This document shows positions 1 to 10,029 of a DNA stretch of 64,000 nt, in pieces. The stretch comes from Candidatus Latescibacterota bacterium (GTDB taxonomy: Bacteria; Latescibacterota; UBA2968; UBA8231). The DNA is taken from the NCBI GenBank assembly GCA_965223905.1, contig CBDCXV010000001.1:1632001-1696000 (forward strand), in the 5' to 3' direction. The position numbers were made by a program, and so were the translations under genes. Position 1 is the stretch's first letter, and each line of letters begins with the position of its first letter. The notes beneath the pieces are model-generated. The model searched no databases. It had not been told where the DNA came from and saw only the letters and a program-made list of their open reading frames with translations.

Positions 1-1553
1 ACCACGTAGCCGTACCGCAGATCGGGGTACTGGGCGACGAACGGCTCCAGGTAGAGATCGGCGTACCCTTTGTTCAGCTCGTACTCCGAGTGCAGCAGAA
101 ACTGGTTCACCATGCTGAAGTGGGCTGCCACGAACCCGTGGATAACCTTCTCGCCGTCGAGGTAGTCGCGAATTCCCGTCTGCTCGACGAGGGCGGCGCG
201 CAGGAAGTCGAGGGCCGGCCGCCAGGCGCCTTCGTAGGCCATCTTCCGCACCAGGCCGGAGAAGGTGTGGACATCGAGGGAGAACATGCCCACGTCATCG
301 TAGGCATCGCGCAGGTACCCGTACATCAGGCGCTTGACCGTCTGGTTGGGAATGCCCAGCCGGGACACCCCGTGCACCACCTCGCGAATGCTGAGCAGAC
401 CGAAGTAGAACAGCAGCGACAGGAAGTTCTCGCGCCGGTCGAGCCGGTCCAGGGGGAAGCTGACCTGGATGTCGCTGTCGGTTACTTCCTCGGCGATAAT
501 GTGGCGCAGCAGGTCGAAGTTGCCGTTGAGCTGCCGGTTGACCGTCAGCAGGTGGCGCAGCTTGCCGTAGTCGATGCGCACGTTGCTGTCGATCAACTCC
601 CGCGGCGCCCCCTTGTTCGGCATGGACTCATCGAGGAAATAGAGGACCATGTCGGTGTTGTAGAGGTCCCCCTCGACCTCCTCGGAAAACCGGTAGCCGT
701 TGTACCACTCCCGCATCACCTCCAGGGCGGCTTCGACCTCCTGGTTGAACACCCCGTGGTCCCGGTATATCTCCAGCAGGCCCCGCACCTCCTCTTCGGT
801 GAAGCCCAGCATATCGTTGAACTCCGGCCGCAAGCTGATGTTCTTGCCGATGTTGAAGCCGCTGGTGACGTCGTCCATCGTGATCGGCGACACCCCGGTG
901 ATGAACAGCCGCTCCAGGCCGCCGCGGCTCTTCTCGGCCCCGGCCTTGAGGGTGGCGAAGAAATTGCGGTAGAAGCCGCCGCCGTGAGTGAAGGACTGGT
1001 ACGCCTCGGCTCCGTGATAGGCCAGCACGGTGTTGGCGAAGTTGTCGTACTCGTCGATGAGCACGTACAGCCGGATGCCGTGATCGCCAGCGTACAGGAA
1101 CAGCTCGTTGAGCTGGCCGTTGACCGAACTCGACGATCGGATGTGACGCCGCGCCGCCTCGGGAAACAGGTCCGCATTCCGCTCCAGCGCGTGCCGGACC
1201 ACCAGTTGACAATACTCTTCGAAGTAGTGATCGAGGGTGTCCAGGGCGTTCTTGAACGCCGAAAAGTTGAAGCGCAGGATGACGTAGCGATGGCGGTTTT
1301 CGGTGGGATGCCGCCCGATGTCGGTGCCGCCGAAGACGGCCTCGAATTCATCGGCTCCCATGCGGTCGTAGTAATTTTCCAGCAGGGAGACCCAGCAGGT
1401 CTTGCCCATGCGACGGGGGCGAATCAGAAAGGCGTAGCGTTCCTCTTCGAGGGAGTGAAGGAAGCGGGTCTTGTCGACGTAGAGGCGCTGCTCAAGGCGG
1501 ATGGCACGGAAGTCCGCCCAACCGTAAGGAATACGGGGCCAGGTTGCAGACAT
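1..1553 (-). CDS. AAA-ATPase-like protein with C-terminal PD-(D/E)XK nuclease (PDDEXK_9/DUF1703 type); 3' end outside window
   Basis: Manual translation from ATG 1553: MSATWPRIPYGWADFRAIRLEQRLYVDKT...FLIRPRRMGKTCWVSLLENYYD, ending HSEYELNKGYADLYLEP...YGYV at the edge. Absent from the ORF track because it has no stop in the window. Confidence 0.9.
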   Translation of the reverse strand, partial: MSATWPRIPYGWADFRAIRLEQRLYVDKTRFLHSLEEERYAFLIRPRRMGKTCWVSLLENYYDRMGADEFEAVFGGTDIGRHPTENRHRYVILRFNFSAFKNALDTLDHYFEEYCQLVVRHALERNADLFPEAARRHIRSSSSVNGQLNELFLYAGDHGIRLYVLIDEYDNFANTVLAYHGAEAYQSFTHGGGFYRNFFATLKAGAEKSRGGLERLFITGVSPITMDDVTSGFNIGKNISLRPEFNDMLGFTEEEVRGLLEIYRDHGVFNQEVEAALEVMREWYNGYRFSEEVEGDLYNTDMVLYFLDESMPNKGAPRELIDSNVRIDYGKLRHLLTVNRQLNGNFDLLRHIIAEEVTDSDIQVSFPLDRLDRRENFLSLLFYFGLLSIREVVHGVSRLGIPNQTVKRLMYGYLRDAYDDVGMFSLDVHTFSGLVRKMAYEGAWRPALDFLRAALVEQTGIRDYLDGEKVIHGFVAAHFSMVNQFLLHSEYELNKGYADLYLEPFVAQYPDLRYGYV

Positions 1554-1895
1554 GGCGACTCCTTGAACCTTCAGGACGGGCTTTTCAGCCTTGAGAACTC
1601 CATGCCCGCCTGTTTCAAGTCAAAGCTTCAGCAGAATCGTGGGGTGGTTTCCCTTGGTGAAGGCTTGCCTGAAATATAGACGGCACTTGAAGGCGGGGAA
1701 ATTTCCGAGCCGGCCCGGTAGCCCCGCGGTCCCCGCGCCCCATGGGGCCGGAAGGCAGTCTTTGAAGATGCCAGTTCGAGAAGACAAAAGGAGACAACCC
1801 GACCGTTTTTCCCGGACGACTGACAGCCGGCACCGGCATCGCGTTATTATAGGAACTCTTCTGAACCCCCTTGAATAACAACCGGAGGACCTGAC

Positions 1896-3803
1896 TTGGA
1901 AACGATCCGCGCCACCGTGCCGGTGACCCGGCCCCCTTCCTGGGCGGTGCAGCAGCGCCACCTGATGGCGGCGATGAAGGAGGGCGTCCACCCCTTCGTC
2001 GACCGCTACGTGCGCGACAACGGCGAGTTCATCTGGGACGACGCCTGGGGCGGCGGCAGCCCGGACGACTACTACGAGCCGTACTTCAACTGGCCCCTGC
2101 TCTACCTGATGGGGGGCGGTTCCCACCTGCTCGACCTCGCCCATCGGGGCTGGGAGGGAGTGACGCGGCAGCTGACCCGCTGCGGCACGGTTCACGACGA
2201 GTACCACAAGGCCGAGGACGTCTTCCACATTTCCGAGAGCGACGTCTTCTTCTACCACCTCTGCCTCGCCGATCCGGCCAACGGCAGCCTGCGCCTCAGG
2301 GCGCGCAAGTTCGCCGGCTTCTACACCGGCGACGACCCGGCGGTCAGGAACTACGACCCGGAGAAGCGGATCATCCTGTCGCCGATCAACGGCTCCGGGG
2401 GGCCGAGCTACCGCGACGATTCCCAGCGCGATTCCCTGCACCGCGGCAGCGAGCGCTACGGCATTCCGTTCTACGACCTGCCCGGCATCTCCTCCTGGAG
2501 GGACACCGAGGAGGACGCCAAGGCGCTGGAGATGGGCCGCGCCGCTCACGACCGCTGGGCCAGGGGGGACGTCATCCACAACCTCGCCCAGACCACCCTG
2601 GCGACCAACGCTTTTCTGCTGACCGGCGAGGAGAGGTACCGCGACTGGGCCATCGAGTACACCGACGCCTGGTTGGAGCGCGCCCGGGCCAACGACTGGA
2701 TGATCCCCGACAACGTCGGCCACTCCGGCGCCGTCGGGGAGTACATCGGCGGCAAGTGGTACGGCGGCCTCTACGGATGGACCTTCCCGCACGGCTGGTA
2801 CAACATCCAGATGGCCCTGCTCGCGGCCGCGGGCAACGCCCTCCTGCTCACCGGCGACGACGCCTGGCTGGAGCTGCCGCGGCGCCAGCAGGACCGCATC
2901 TTCGAGCTGGGGGAGCAGCGCGACGCGCGCGGCGAGCTCATGAGCCTCGACCATCACTGGTTCGGCCAGTTCACCGCCATGGGGGAGCGCGGCGAAACCT
3001 TCCTCGTCCCCTACCGCTACGGCGACGCCGGCTGGTTCGACTGGCAGCCGCTGTCGCCGGTCTTCCCCGCGGCCTTGTGGAACCTGTCGATGGCCGACGG
3101 CGACTGGGAGCGGATCGAGCAGGTGCGCACCAGGGAGGCGTACGACTGGAGGGAGGTGGTCTGCTTCCACAACAAGGAGGACACCGGCCACGAGCAGCCC
3201 TGGCTGCGCTTCCTCGCCGGGGACAATCCCGATTTCCCCGAGCGCATGCTGCAGGCAGCCCACCAGGAAGTCACCCGCCGTCTCGCCCTGGTGCGCGGCG
3301 AGACCGAGGTCGGCACGCGCCACAACATCCACCTGTGGCAGGAGGTCAACCCGGTCAGCTCCGAGGCCCTGATCCAGCAGACCCTCGGGGCGCCGCAGCC
3401 GATCTACAACGGCGGCCTCCTGCACGCGCGCCTGCGTTACTACGATGCCCGCGCCCGCGGCCCCGGCCTGCCCCCCGACGTCGCCGCCCTGGTGACGAAG
3501 CTCGAGGCCGGGCGGACCGTGGTCCGGCTGGTCAACCTGAACTCCAACGCCGGCCGCGAGCTGGTGATCCAGGCCGGCGCCTACGGCGAGCACCGCTTCT
3601 CGGGGGCGCAGTACACCGCCCTGGACAGCGACTACCCCGGCCCCGCAACCGACTACGCAGGGCAACCAGTGACCGAAGAGACGCGCACCGCGGACTTCGC
3701 CGGCAGGTACCTCGGAGTGGAGCTGCCTCCGGGAACCGAGATCACCATCGACCTCGCCACCGACCGCTACGCCGGCAAGCCCTCCTGCGCGAGCCTCTAC
3801 TGA
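1896..3803 (+). CDS. Uncharacterised ~635-aa protein, paralog of the next gene
   Basis: GGAGGA RBS before TTG, strong GC3 bias, full-length similarity to 3885-5831 (DDxYEPxFNWP, GGKWYGG, HNKEDxGHEQPW, PQPIYNGGLLHAR). Confidence 0.85.
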   Translation: METIRATVPVTRPPSWAVQQRHLMAAMKEGVHPFVDRYVRDNGEFIWDDAWGGGSPDDYYEPYFNWPLLYLMGGGSHLLDLAHRGWEGVTRQLTRCGTVHDEYHKAEDVFHISESDVFFYHLCLADPANGSLRLRARKFAGFYTGDDPAVRNYDPEKRIILSPINGSGGPSYRDDSQRDSLHRGSERYGIPFYDLPGISSWRDTEEDAKALEMGRAAHDRWARGDVIHNLAQTTLATNAFLLTGEERYRDWAIEYTDAWLERARANDWMIPDNVGHSGAVGEYIGGKWYGGLYGWTFPHGWYNIQMALLAAAGNALLLTGDDAWLELPRRQQDRIFELGEQRDARGELMSLDHHWFGQFTAMGERGETFLVPYRYGDAGWFDWQPLSPVFPAALWNLSMADGDWERIEQVRTREAYDWREVVCFHNKEDTGHEQPWLRFLAGDNPDFPERMLQAAHQEVTRRLALVRGETEVGTRHNIHLWQEVNPVSSEALIQQTLGAPQPIYNGGLLHARLRYYDARARGPGLPPDVAALVTKLEAGRTVVRLVNLNSNAGRELVIQAGAYGEHRFSGAQYTALDSDYPGPATDYAGQPVTEETRTADFAGRYLGVELPPGTEITIDLATDRYAGKPSCASLY

Positions 3804-3884
3804 GGACGGGGGCGGCCTCGACGGAACGACCCGCCGAACGGGATCGGCCCGGAAGGCGCCGGCGCTTCATCCAATGAGGAATCC

Positions 3885-5831
3885 ATGCCCAACGACACCT
3901 TGATCACCGCCGACCTGCCTGCGGTCTCGCAGCCGAACTGGGCGCTCTGGGAGCGCGCGCTGTTCGACGCCATGGACGAGTCCGTCTTCCCCTACCTCGA
4001 GCACTTCACCCGCGACGACGGCGAGTTCATCTGGGAGGACGAGTGGGGCGGCGGCAGCCACGACGACTTCTACGAGCCGTTCTTCAACTGGCCAACCCTC
4101 TACCTGATGGGAGGGGGCGACCACCTGCTGGGCCTCGCCCACCGCCAGTGGAACGCCGTCACCCGGCAGCTGTCCCGGCTCGGCACCGTGTACAAGGAGT
4201 ACGGCCTCGACGCCGACAACATGCACCAGTCGGAGTGCGACATCGCCTTCTACAACCTCTGCATAGCCGACCCCCTGAACCCGATCAACGAGGTGCGCGC
4301 CCGCCGCTTCGCCGGCTTCTATCTCAACGAGGACCCCGAGGCGATCAACTACGACCCGGAGCTCAAGCTCCTCTTCAACGGCCACCACGGCAGCCGGGGG
4401 CCGCACTACCGCCCCCTGTCCGAGCGCGAGAACGCCAGCTACAGCCCGCTCGGCGGCAGCATGGAGCGCTACAGCCTGCCGTTTTTCGACCTGCCCGGAA
4501 TCGAAAGCGTCCAGGACCTCGCCGACCCGGCCAAGGCCAGGGCCATGGGACAGGCCCTGTTCGACCGCTGGTACAAGGGGGACACGCCGGTCAACCTGTC
4601 GCTGACCTCGCTGATGACGAACGCCTTCCTGCTCACCGGGGAGGAGAAGTACCGCGACTGGGTGGTCGAGTACACCGGCGCCTGGCACCGGCGCGCCCGC
4701 GACAACGGCGGCCTGCTGCCCGACCAGGTCGGCCACAGCGGCCAGGTCGGAGAATACCTCGGGGGCAAGTGGTACGGCGGCGCCATGGGCTGGACCTTCC
4801 CGCACGGCTTCCTGACCATGCAGTTCGCCGTCCTCGACGCCGTCGCCAACGCCCTGCTGATCACCGGCGACCGCGGCTGGCTCGACCTCGCCCGCGTGCA
4901 GCAGGAGCGCATCCTCGACATGGGGGAGATGCGCGAGATCCGGCGCGGGGAGATGAGCGTCAGCGAGCGCTGGGTGGAGCAGTTCGACGCCCTCGAGCCG
5001 GGGCAGAAGACCCTGCTGGTCCCCTACCGCTACGGCGACGCCGGCTGGTTCGACTGGCAGCCGATGCTGTCCGTCTACCCGGTGACCCTGTGGTACCTGT
5101 CGATGGAGGAGCGGGACTGGCAGAGCGTCGAGCGGGTGCGCGAGGGGGACGTCCACGACTGGAACTCGGTGTTCGCCTTCCACAACAAGGAGGACTCCGG
5201 CCACGAGCAGCCCTGGGTGCGCTACCTGGCCGGGGCCAACCCCGACTTCCCGGAGCGCATGCTGCACGCCACCCACCAGATCGTCAACCGCCGCAACACC
5301 CTGGTGCGCGAGGACGAGGACGTCGGCACGCGCTTCCATATCCACCAGTGGCAGTGGGGCAACCCGCTGTCGTCGGAGGCGCTGATCCAGCTGACCCTGG
5401 GCGGGCCGCAGCCTATCTACAACGGCGGCCTGCTGCACGCCCGGGTGCGCTACTACGACTGCGAGCGCCGGCGGCCGGGGCTGCCCGAAGAGGTCGGCGC
5501 CCTGGTGGAGAAGCTCGAAGCCGGCCGCACCGTCGTGCGCCTGGTGAACCTGAACACCGTCGAACCGCGCCGCCTCGTCATCCAGGCCGGGGCTTTCGGC
5601 GAGCACCGTTTCGGAAAGGCCACGTTCAGCGGCCGCAGCAGCGACTGGCCGGGCGAGCTGGGGGGCTACGCCGGCACCTACGCGCCGCCGCCGCTGCAGG
5701 CCGAGGAGCGCAGCGTCGAAGTAGGGGGGTCACACCTGACCGTCGAGCTTCCCCCCGGCATGGAGATCCGCCTCGACCTCGAGACCGAGCGCTACGTCAA
5801 CCAGCCCTCATACCACAACGGGCCTTTCTAG
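3885..5831 (+). CDS. Uncharacterised ~648-aa protein, tandem paralog
   Basis: GAGGA RBS, ATG start, same conserved blocks as 1896-3803. Confidence 0.88.
   Translation: MPNDTLITADLPAVSQPNWALWERALFDAMDESVFPYLEHFTRDDGEFIWEDEWGGGSHDDFYEPFFNWPTLYLMGGGDHLLGLAHRQWNAVTRQLSRLGTVYKEYGLDADNMHQSECDIAFYNLCIADPLNPINEVRARRFAGFYLNEDPEAINYDPELKLLFNGHHGSRGPHYRPLSERENASYSPLGGSMERYSLPFFDLPGIESVQDLADPAKARAMGQALFDRWYKGDTPVNLSLTSLMTNAFLLTGEEKYRDWVVEYTGAWHRRARDNGGLLPDQVGHSGQVGEYLGGKWYGGAMGWTFPHGFLTMQFAVLDAVANALLITGDRGWLDLARVQQERILDMGEMREIRRGEMSVSERWVEQFDALEPGQKTLLVPYRYGDAGWFDWQPMLSVYPVTLWYLSMEERDWQSVERVREGDVHDWNSVFAFHNKEDSGHEQPWVRYLAGANPDFPERMLHATHQIVNRRNTLVREDEDVGTRFHIHQWQWGNPLSSEALIQLTLGGPQPIYNGGLLHARVRYYDCERRRPGLPEEVGALVEKLEAGRTVVRLVNLNTVEPRRLVIQAGAFGEHRFGKATFSGRSSDWPGELGGYAGTYAPPPLQAEERSVEVGGSHLTVELPPGMEIRLDLETERYVNQPSYHNGPF
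5735..5831 (+). repeat. 3' end of gene 3885-5831; diverged direct copy at 14191-14292
   Basis: cctgaccgtcgagcttcccccc...ccctcataccacaacgggcctttctag aligns with cctgaccgtcgaactccccc...ccctcataccgcaacggaccgttctaa. Confidence 0.9.
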
Positions 5832-5880
5832 TTTTCGCCATATCCGGGTATTCCATCACGGAAGGCAATGGTCTCACGAG

Positions 5881-5981
5881 ATGCTCGATCTGGTCTGGAT
5901 ACAGGACAGAATCAGAACGGGTCAGTACTACGTTTCGAAACATGGCGATCAGGAAAGACAGAACGACAACCTGTCTCTCGA
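5881..5981 (+). pseudogene. 5' fragment of a DUF4258-like (RelE-fold toxin-like) gene
   Basis: MLDLVWIQDRIRTGQYYVSKHGDQERQNDNLSLE resembles DUF4258 N-termini (YxxSxHxxxER); truncated by the IS256 remnant. Confidence 0.6.
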
Positions 5982-6062
5982 GACGGTGTTCTGGCGCTTG
6001 TGATACGGGCTAACGCTGCACACAGGCATGCCCCTCCAGCACCGACCTCACCGCCTTGTAGA
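5979..6062 (-). mobile_element. IS256-family transposase remnant, downstream half
   Basis: Minus strand reads YKAVRSVLEGHACVQR*/YHKRQNTVS, the degraded IS256 QRCxxHK motif; it continues LLVVLDGEKG at 12606+. Confidence 0.75.
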
Positions 6063-6178
6063 CCCTAACGTTGCATAAATCTGTTTGAAGCGGTGGTTGT
6101 GATCAGGCGGCTTCCTTCAGGATTTCGAGGAAATGCAACAGATCTTTTTCGACTTTTGGATTGGAGTTCAAGGTCAGG
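6063..6178 (-). mobile_element. Truncated terminal copy of the IS1380 element
   Basis: Near-identical to 11056-11172 (ccctaacgttgcataaatctgtttg...); encodes the same C-terminus LTLNSNPKVEKDLLHFLEILKEAA. Confidence 0.92.
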
Positions 6179-7561
6179 CTGGACTTTTGCAAAAGGCAGA
6201 ATTCCTGGGATAATCGGTCAAGGATAGAGGGTAGCGCGAACTCGATGGAACTTGGTATGTTTGGTAGGACGAAGGCATCCCCCGCCTTCGTTTCCCCTGG
6301 CCATGAGAGAGGTTGTTCATGCCAGGTATTGTTGATTTTCCCACGGTGGTTGAAGACGCGGTGGCCGAGTTCGGCGGCCTCTTCGCCAACGCCCCGGAGC
6401 GCCGTCACTTTGGCGAGTATCTGACCGGGTTGATGGTGGCCGAACGCAAAAATGTATCGGCGATCAACGCCGAGTTCGTCGAGACCACCGATCAGTCCTG
6501 CCTGAACCGCTGGATTACGCAGGTGCGATGGGACGGGAAATGGCTCAACGAACATCGCCTGGAATGGTTGCAGGAGCGTCCCTCGACGCGCTATTCGGGG
6601 CGCGGGGTGATCGCCATCGACAACACCTTGGTCGGCCACAGCGGAGAAAAGATCGAGGACGTGGGTTGGTTTTGGGATCACTCCGACCAGCGCCATAGGA
6701 TTGCCCACGACTACGTCATCGCCAACTACGTGTGCACCTCGGGGAAATACTATCCGATGGAATTCCTGTCGCTTTCGCAAGCGCCGGGAAGGGGAGACGG
6801 ACACCTCCTTCAAGAGCCATACCGAGCTGTTCAAAGAGCTCGTGGACTGGGTCGTGTTCCGCCAGATCCCGGGCGATTTCGCCTTCGACTGCTACTTCAG
6901 CAGTGTCGAGTGTCTCGATCACCTCCATAGTCATGAGCGCGGCTACGTAGGGGCCCTGAAGAGCAACCGCAAGGTCGAGTTCAAGGGCGGCCTGATGAAG
7001 GCCGCCGAAGTGGCTGCGAAGATCCCACCCGAGGATCGCAAACAGGTCAGCATCGGCAAGCGCAAACAATGGTATTTCACCAAAACCCTGAGTCTGCCCA
7101 AGCTCGAGCACCGGGTTCGCCTGGTGATCCTGTGGGATCGCAAGAACGGCAGGGAAGCGGTCAAGTTTCTACTGACCCATCGCGTGCACTGGGAGATCAG
7201 TCGTATTCTGAACGTCTATCGCAAACGCTGGACGGGCACCGAGACTTTCATCGGGACGGCAAGCACCATCTGGGCATGGGAGACGGTCAGTTACGCAGCG
7301 GCGAGGGCCAGACTCGGCATAGGTACCTCGTGATGCTGACGCACAGTCTGCTCATGGCACGGAGGCGGCAGGGCCGTGCGCGTGACTGGGCTCATAGCGT
7401 GCTGACGACCATTGGCGAGGCCTGTCGAGCCGTGTCGCGAGAAACGCTCAGTAAAACCATCACCTGGGCGGTCGAACAGGCCATAACAGTAGGGTGGACG
7501 CAGGAGAGAATCGTCACACACCTAAAACTTGTGTAAAAAAGCGGAGTTTGCAAAAGTCCAG
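6179..7561 (+). mobile_element. IS701-like insertion sequence
   Basis: Perfect 15-bp TIRs CTGGACTTTTGCAAA (6179-6193) / TTTGCAAAAGTCCAG (7547-7561); no target duplication visible. Confidence 0.88.
6319..7536 (+). pseudogene. IS701-family DDE transposase, two frameshifts (~6765, ~7250)
   Basis: Pieces in three frames: YLTGLMVAERKN...IAIDNT; FAFDCYF...YRKRWTGTETF; HRDGKHHLGMGDGQLR. Confidence 0.85.
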
Positions 7562-8554
7562 TCGGTAACCCAGTCAGCGAACACCCGGGACCAGGCGCCC
7601 ATCGGCTGCGGCGGAGGAAAGGATCGCGTGTCTTCGGGGTTGTCGGGATAATACCATTTCAGAGAACCGCCTCCCATCACGCTCCAGTATCCGATCCCCG
7701 CGCTCTGCTGTCTCAAATCGGCGTTATACAACTTGGTAAACACGTCGGTGGCCAGAGGAAGAGGATCGCCTTCCGTGTGATGAGCAATCCAGGCATTCCG
7801 TCTCTGCTTTATGAGATGATTGAAGCCGCTGCGGTCATACAGCTCTGGAAGTCCCATGAAATGCCCGTACTCATGCGCCATGATGGCAACCATTTCAGGG
7901 AACGTCTCCCCCTTTAGAACCATCATATCCTTGGATACTTTCTTCGTGGAACCGGCCGGCAAAAAGCTGAATGTGTCGGCAATGCCTCCCAGCCGACACT
8001 TATTGAATTTTTCAGGAACAACGACGGCAAGCGCATCGTAATCCTCGCAGTCAATAGCGACATCGGCGTAGGCAGTAGGGGCGGCTTCCAGAACTTCGGT
8101 TCCAAATGTCTTGTAATTCCAAGACGCACATCCGTACTTGGCATCATTGCAGAATCAAACTTGCTGCGATACCATTTGGTCACGATGGTCCTGTTCGCAC
8201 CTTGAACCGTGAGAGTCTCGCGTGACATCTCCTTCATGTAATGGGAAAAACTGCCGCTCACGGACACATCCAACAGATCAAGCGCCGACCGGTCCGTGTT
8301 TCCGCTTCTTCCTTCAAAATGATCGCTTTCCAGATCATATGGAGCCGTAGTTATATCGGAAAAGGTGGCAAACAGAACCAGCATCTTGATCGTGCCGTCG
8401 TGGAAATGTTCCTCTTCCGGGGTGAATTCCGCAAAGGAGCTTGCCGAGCCGCCCGACGATCTTGTCGCGCCGGAATCGTCTCCGGTAAGCCCGTACCCGC
8501 AGAAAATTTCCTGACCCCATGCAGCACCGGTCCACAAAATAACCGCCAACAACA

Positions 8555-9982
8555 GGGTCTATCCGGGTTTTTCAACGCCGAAACCTGAGTACATGACAAG
8601 GCCATAGGTCGTTCCCTATGCTTGGTGTATCCCCATCAAGCACTCCCCAGGAAAGGGAAGGGAAGGCGACCTATGACCGCTATGAAGTTCGTCTCCAAGC
8701 TGTTCAAGTTCAAGGGGTTTGGCGCTGTCGACGTGTGCTTCGAAGGACGCGGGGAGGAAGCGGCCGTTGTGGTTGCGGTACAGCCCCACAAGAAGGGGTG
8801 CCGCTGTCCCCAGTGTGGGCGCCGGAGCAAGATCGTACGGGTCATGGAGCCCCGCCGCTGGCGCGACGTCCGCATTTGCGGCCGTACCGTCTGGTTGTAC
8901 CACCGCCCTCGAGAGATTCGCTGTCCGACCCACGGCCGGCACGTCGAGGAGGTGCCCTGGGCGGCGCCCTCGGCCCGGGTCAGCTACCGCTTCGAATACC
9001 TGCTGCTGACCTACTGCCAGTGGATGCCGCAGGTGGTCGCCGCGCGCTTGCTGGGCCTGGCTCCTTCGACCCTGTCCGACCAGTTGCATCGGCTCATCGC
9101 GCGCCGACGTACAGGCCATCGCATCCGCGGGCTGAGGACCCTCGGCATCGACGAGGTCTCCTACGCCAAGGGCCATAAATACGCCACCCTGGTCTATGAC
9201 CTGGAACGTTCCTGTGTCGTCTGGGTCGGCCAGGGCAAGGCGAGGGAAACGATCGATACGTTCTTCCGGGACCATCTCAGCGCCTTCCAGAAGGACCGCA
9301 TCCGCTGGGCCTGCTGCGACCTGAGCGAGACCTTCATCGGCGCCATCCGGCAGCATGGTCCCAACGCCGAGTTGGTCCTGGACCGATTCCACGTCGTCAA
9401 GGCCCTCAACGAAGCCGTCGACGAGGTGCGCAAGGAGCAGTGGCGGCAAGCCTGCGGCGAGGACCGCAAGCTGCTCAAGGGCCTGCGCTGGGTGCTGCTG
9501 CATCACTCCGCCCAGCGCTCGCGAAAGGACCGGCGCACGCTCCAAACCCTGGAGAAGGCCAACCGCCGCATCTACCGCGCCTGGCGCCTGAAGGACGAGT
9601 TCGAGCACTTCTGGCGCTACAAGGCGCGCTGGGCCGCCGAACGCTTCCTCAAGAAGTGGACGACGGCGGCCCTGCGCAGCCGCCTGCAGCCCCTGCGCAA
9701 GTTCGTCAACACGGTGCGCAAGCAGGCGGCCGGCATCACCGCCTTCGTCGACACGCACCTGACCAACGCCGCCGCCGAAGGGCTCAATCGCATTATCCGC
9801 ATGGTCAAGAATCGAGCCAGTGGATTTAAAACTCTGGATGCCTTTGCCGACCTGATTTACCTGTGCGTCGGAGACCTCGATATCCCTGCGCAGATTCCGG
9901 CCCGATTCCGTACAGTATGAAACCCTCAATATCTCTCTCTGTAAACGCTATAAATTGTCCTTTGAAGAATCCGGATATAGCC
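8555..9982 (+). mobile_element. ISL3-family insertion sequence
   Basis: TIRs GGGTCTATCCGGGTTTTTCAA vs GGCTATATCCGGATTCTTCAA (17/21); 8-bp target duplication CAACAACA at 8547-8554 and 9983-9990. Confidence 0.93.
8673..9920 (+). CDS. ISL3-family transposase, intact
   Basis: CPQC zinc finger, LGIDE, CCDLS, LDRFHVVK, TNAAAEGLNRII motifs. Confidence 0.95.
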   Translation: MTAMKFVSKLFKFKGFGAVDVCFEGRGEEAAVVVAVQPHKKGCRCPQCGRRSKIVRVMEPRRWRDVRICGRTVWLYHRPREIRCPTHGRHVEEVPWAAPSARVSYRFEYLLLTYCQWMPQVVAARLLGLAPSTLSDQLHRLIARRRTGHRIRGLRTLGIDEVSYAKGHKYATLVYDLERSCVVWVGQGKARETIDTFFRDHLSAFQKDRIRWACCDLSETFIGAIRQHGPNAELVLDRFHVVKALNEAVDEVRKEQWRQACGEDRKLLKGLRWVLLHHSAQRSRKDRRTLQTLEKANRRIYRAWRLKDEFEHFWRYKARWAAERFLKKWTTAALRSRLQPLRKFVNTVRKQAAGITAFVDTHLTNAAAEGLNRIIRMVKNRASGFKTLDAFADLIYLCVGDLDIPAQIPARFRTV

Positions 9983-10029
9983 CAACAACAGATACACTGC
10001 CATCATGAATACCATCCTTTTCCAAGTTG

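Larger units (their letters stand above)
7562..10006 (-). pseudogene. M6-family (immune inhibitor A-like) secreted metalloprotease, interrupted by ISL3, frameshifted, truncated by IS701
   Basis: Start ATG 10006, MMAVYLLL|AVILWTGAAWG signal peptide; HEYGHFMGLPELYD, GIGYWSVMGGGS and PQPMGAWSR motifs. Confidence 0.85.

Noticed and set aside
90-1679. 529-aa plus-strand ORF
   Set aside because: Antisense shadow of the AAA-ATPase-like gene; no motifs.
6103-6834. ORF ending in the IS1380 transposase C-terminus
   Set aside because: Chance fusion of antisense IS701 sequence with the IS1380 remnant.
6740-7270. Programmed frameshifting in the IS701 transposase
   Set aside because: Two shifts and no slippery A-run at either; decay or sequencing error fits better.
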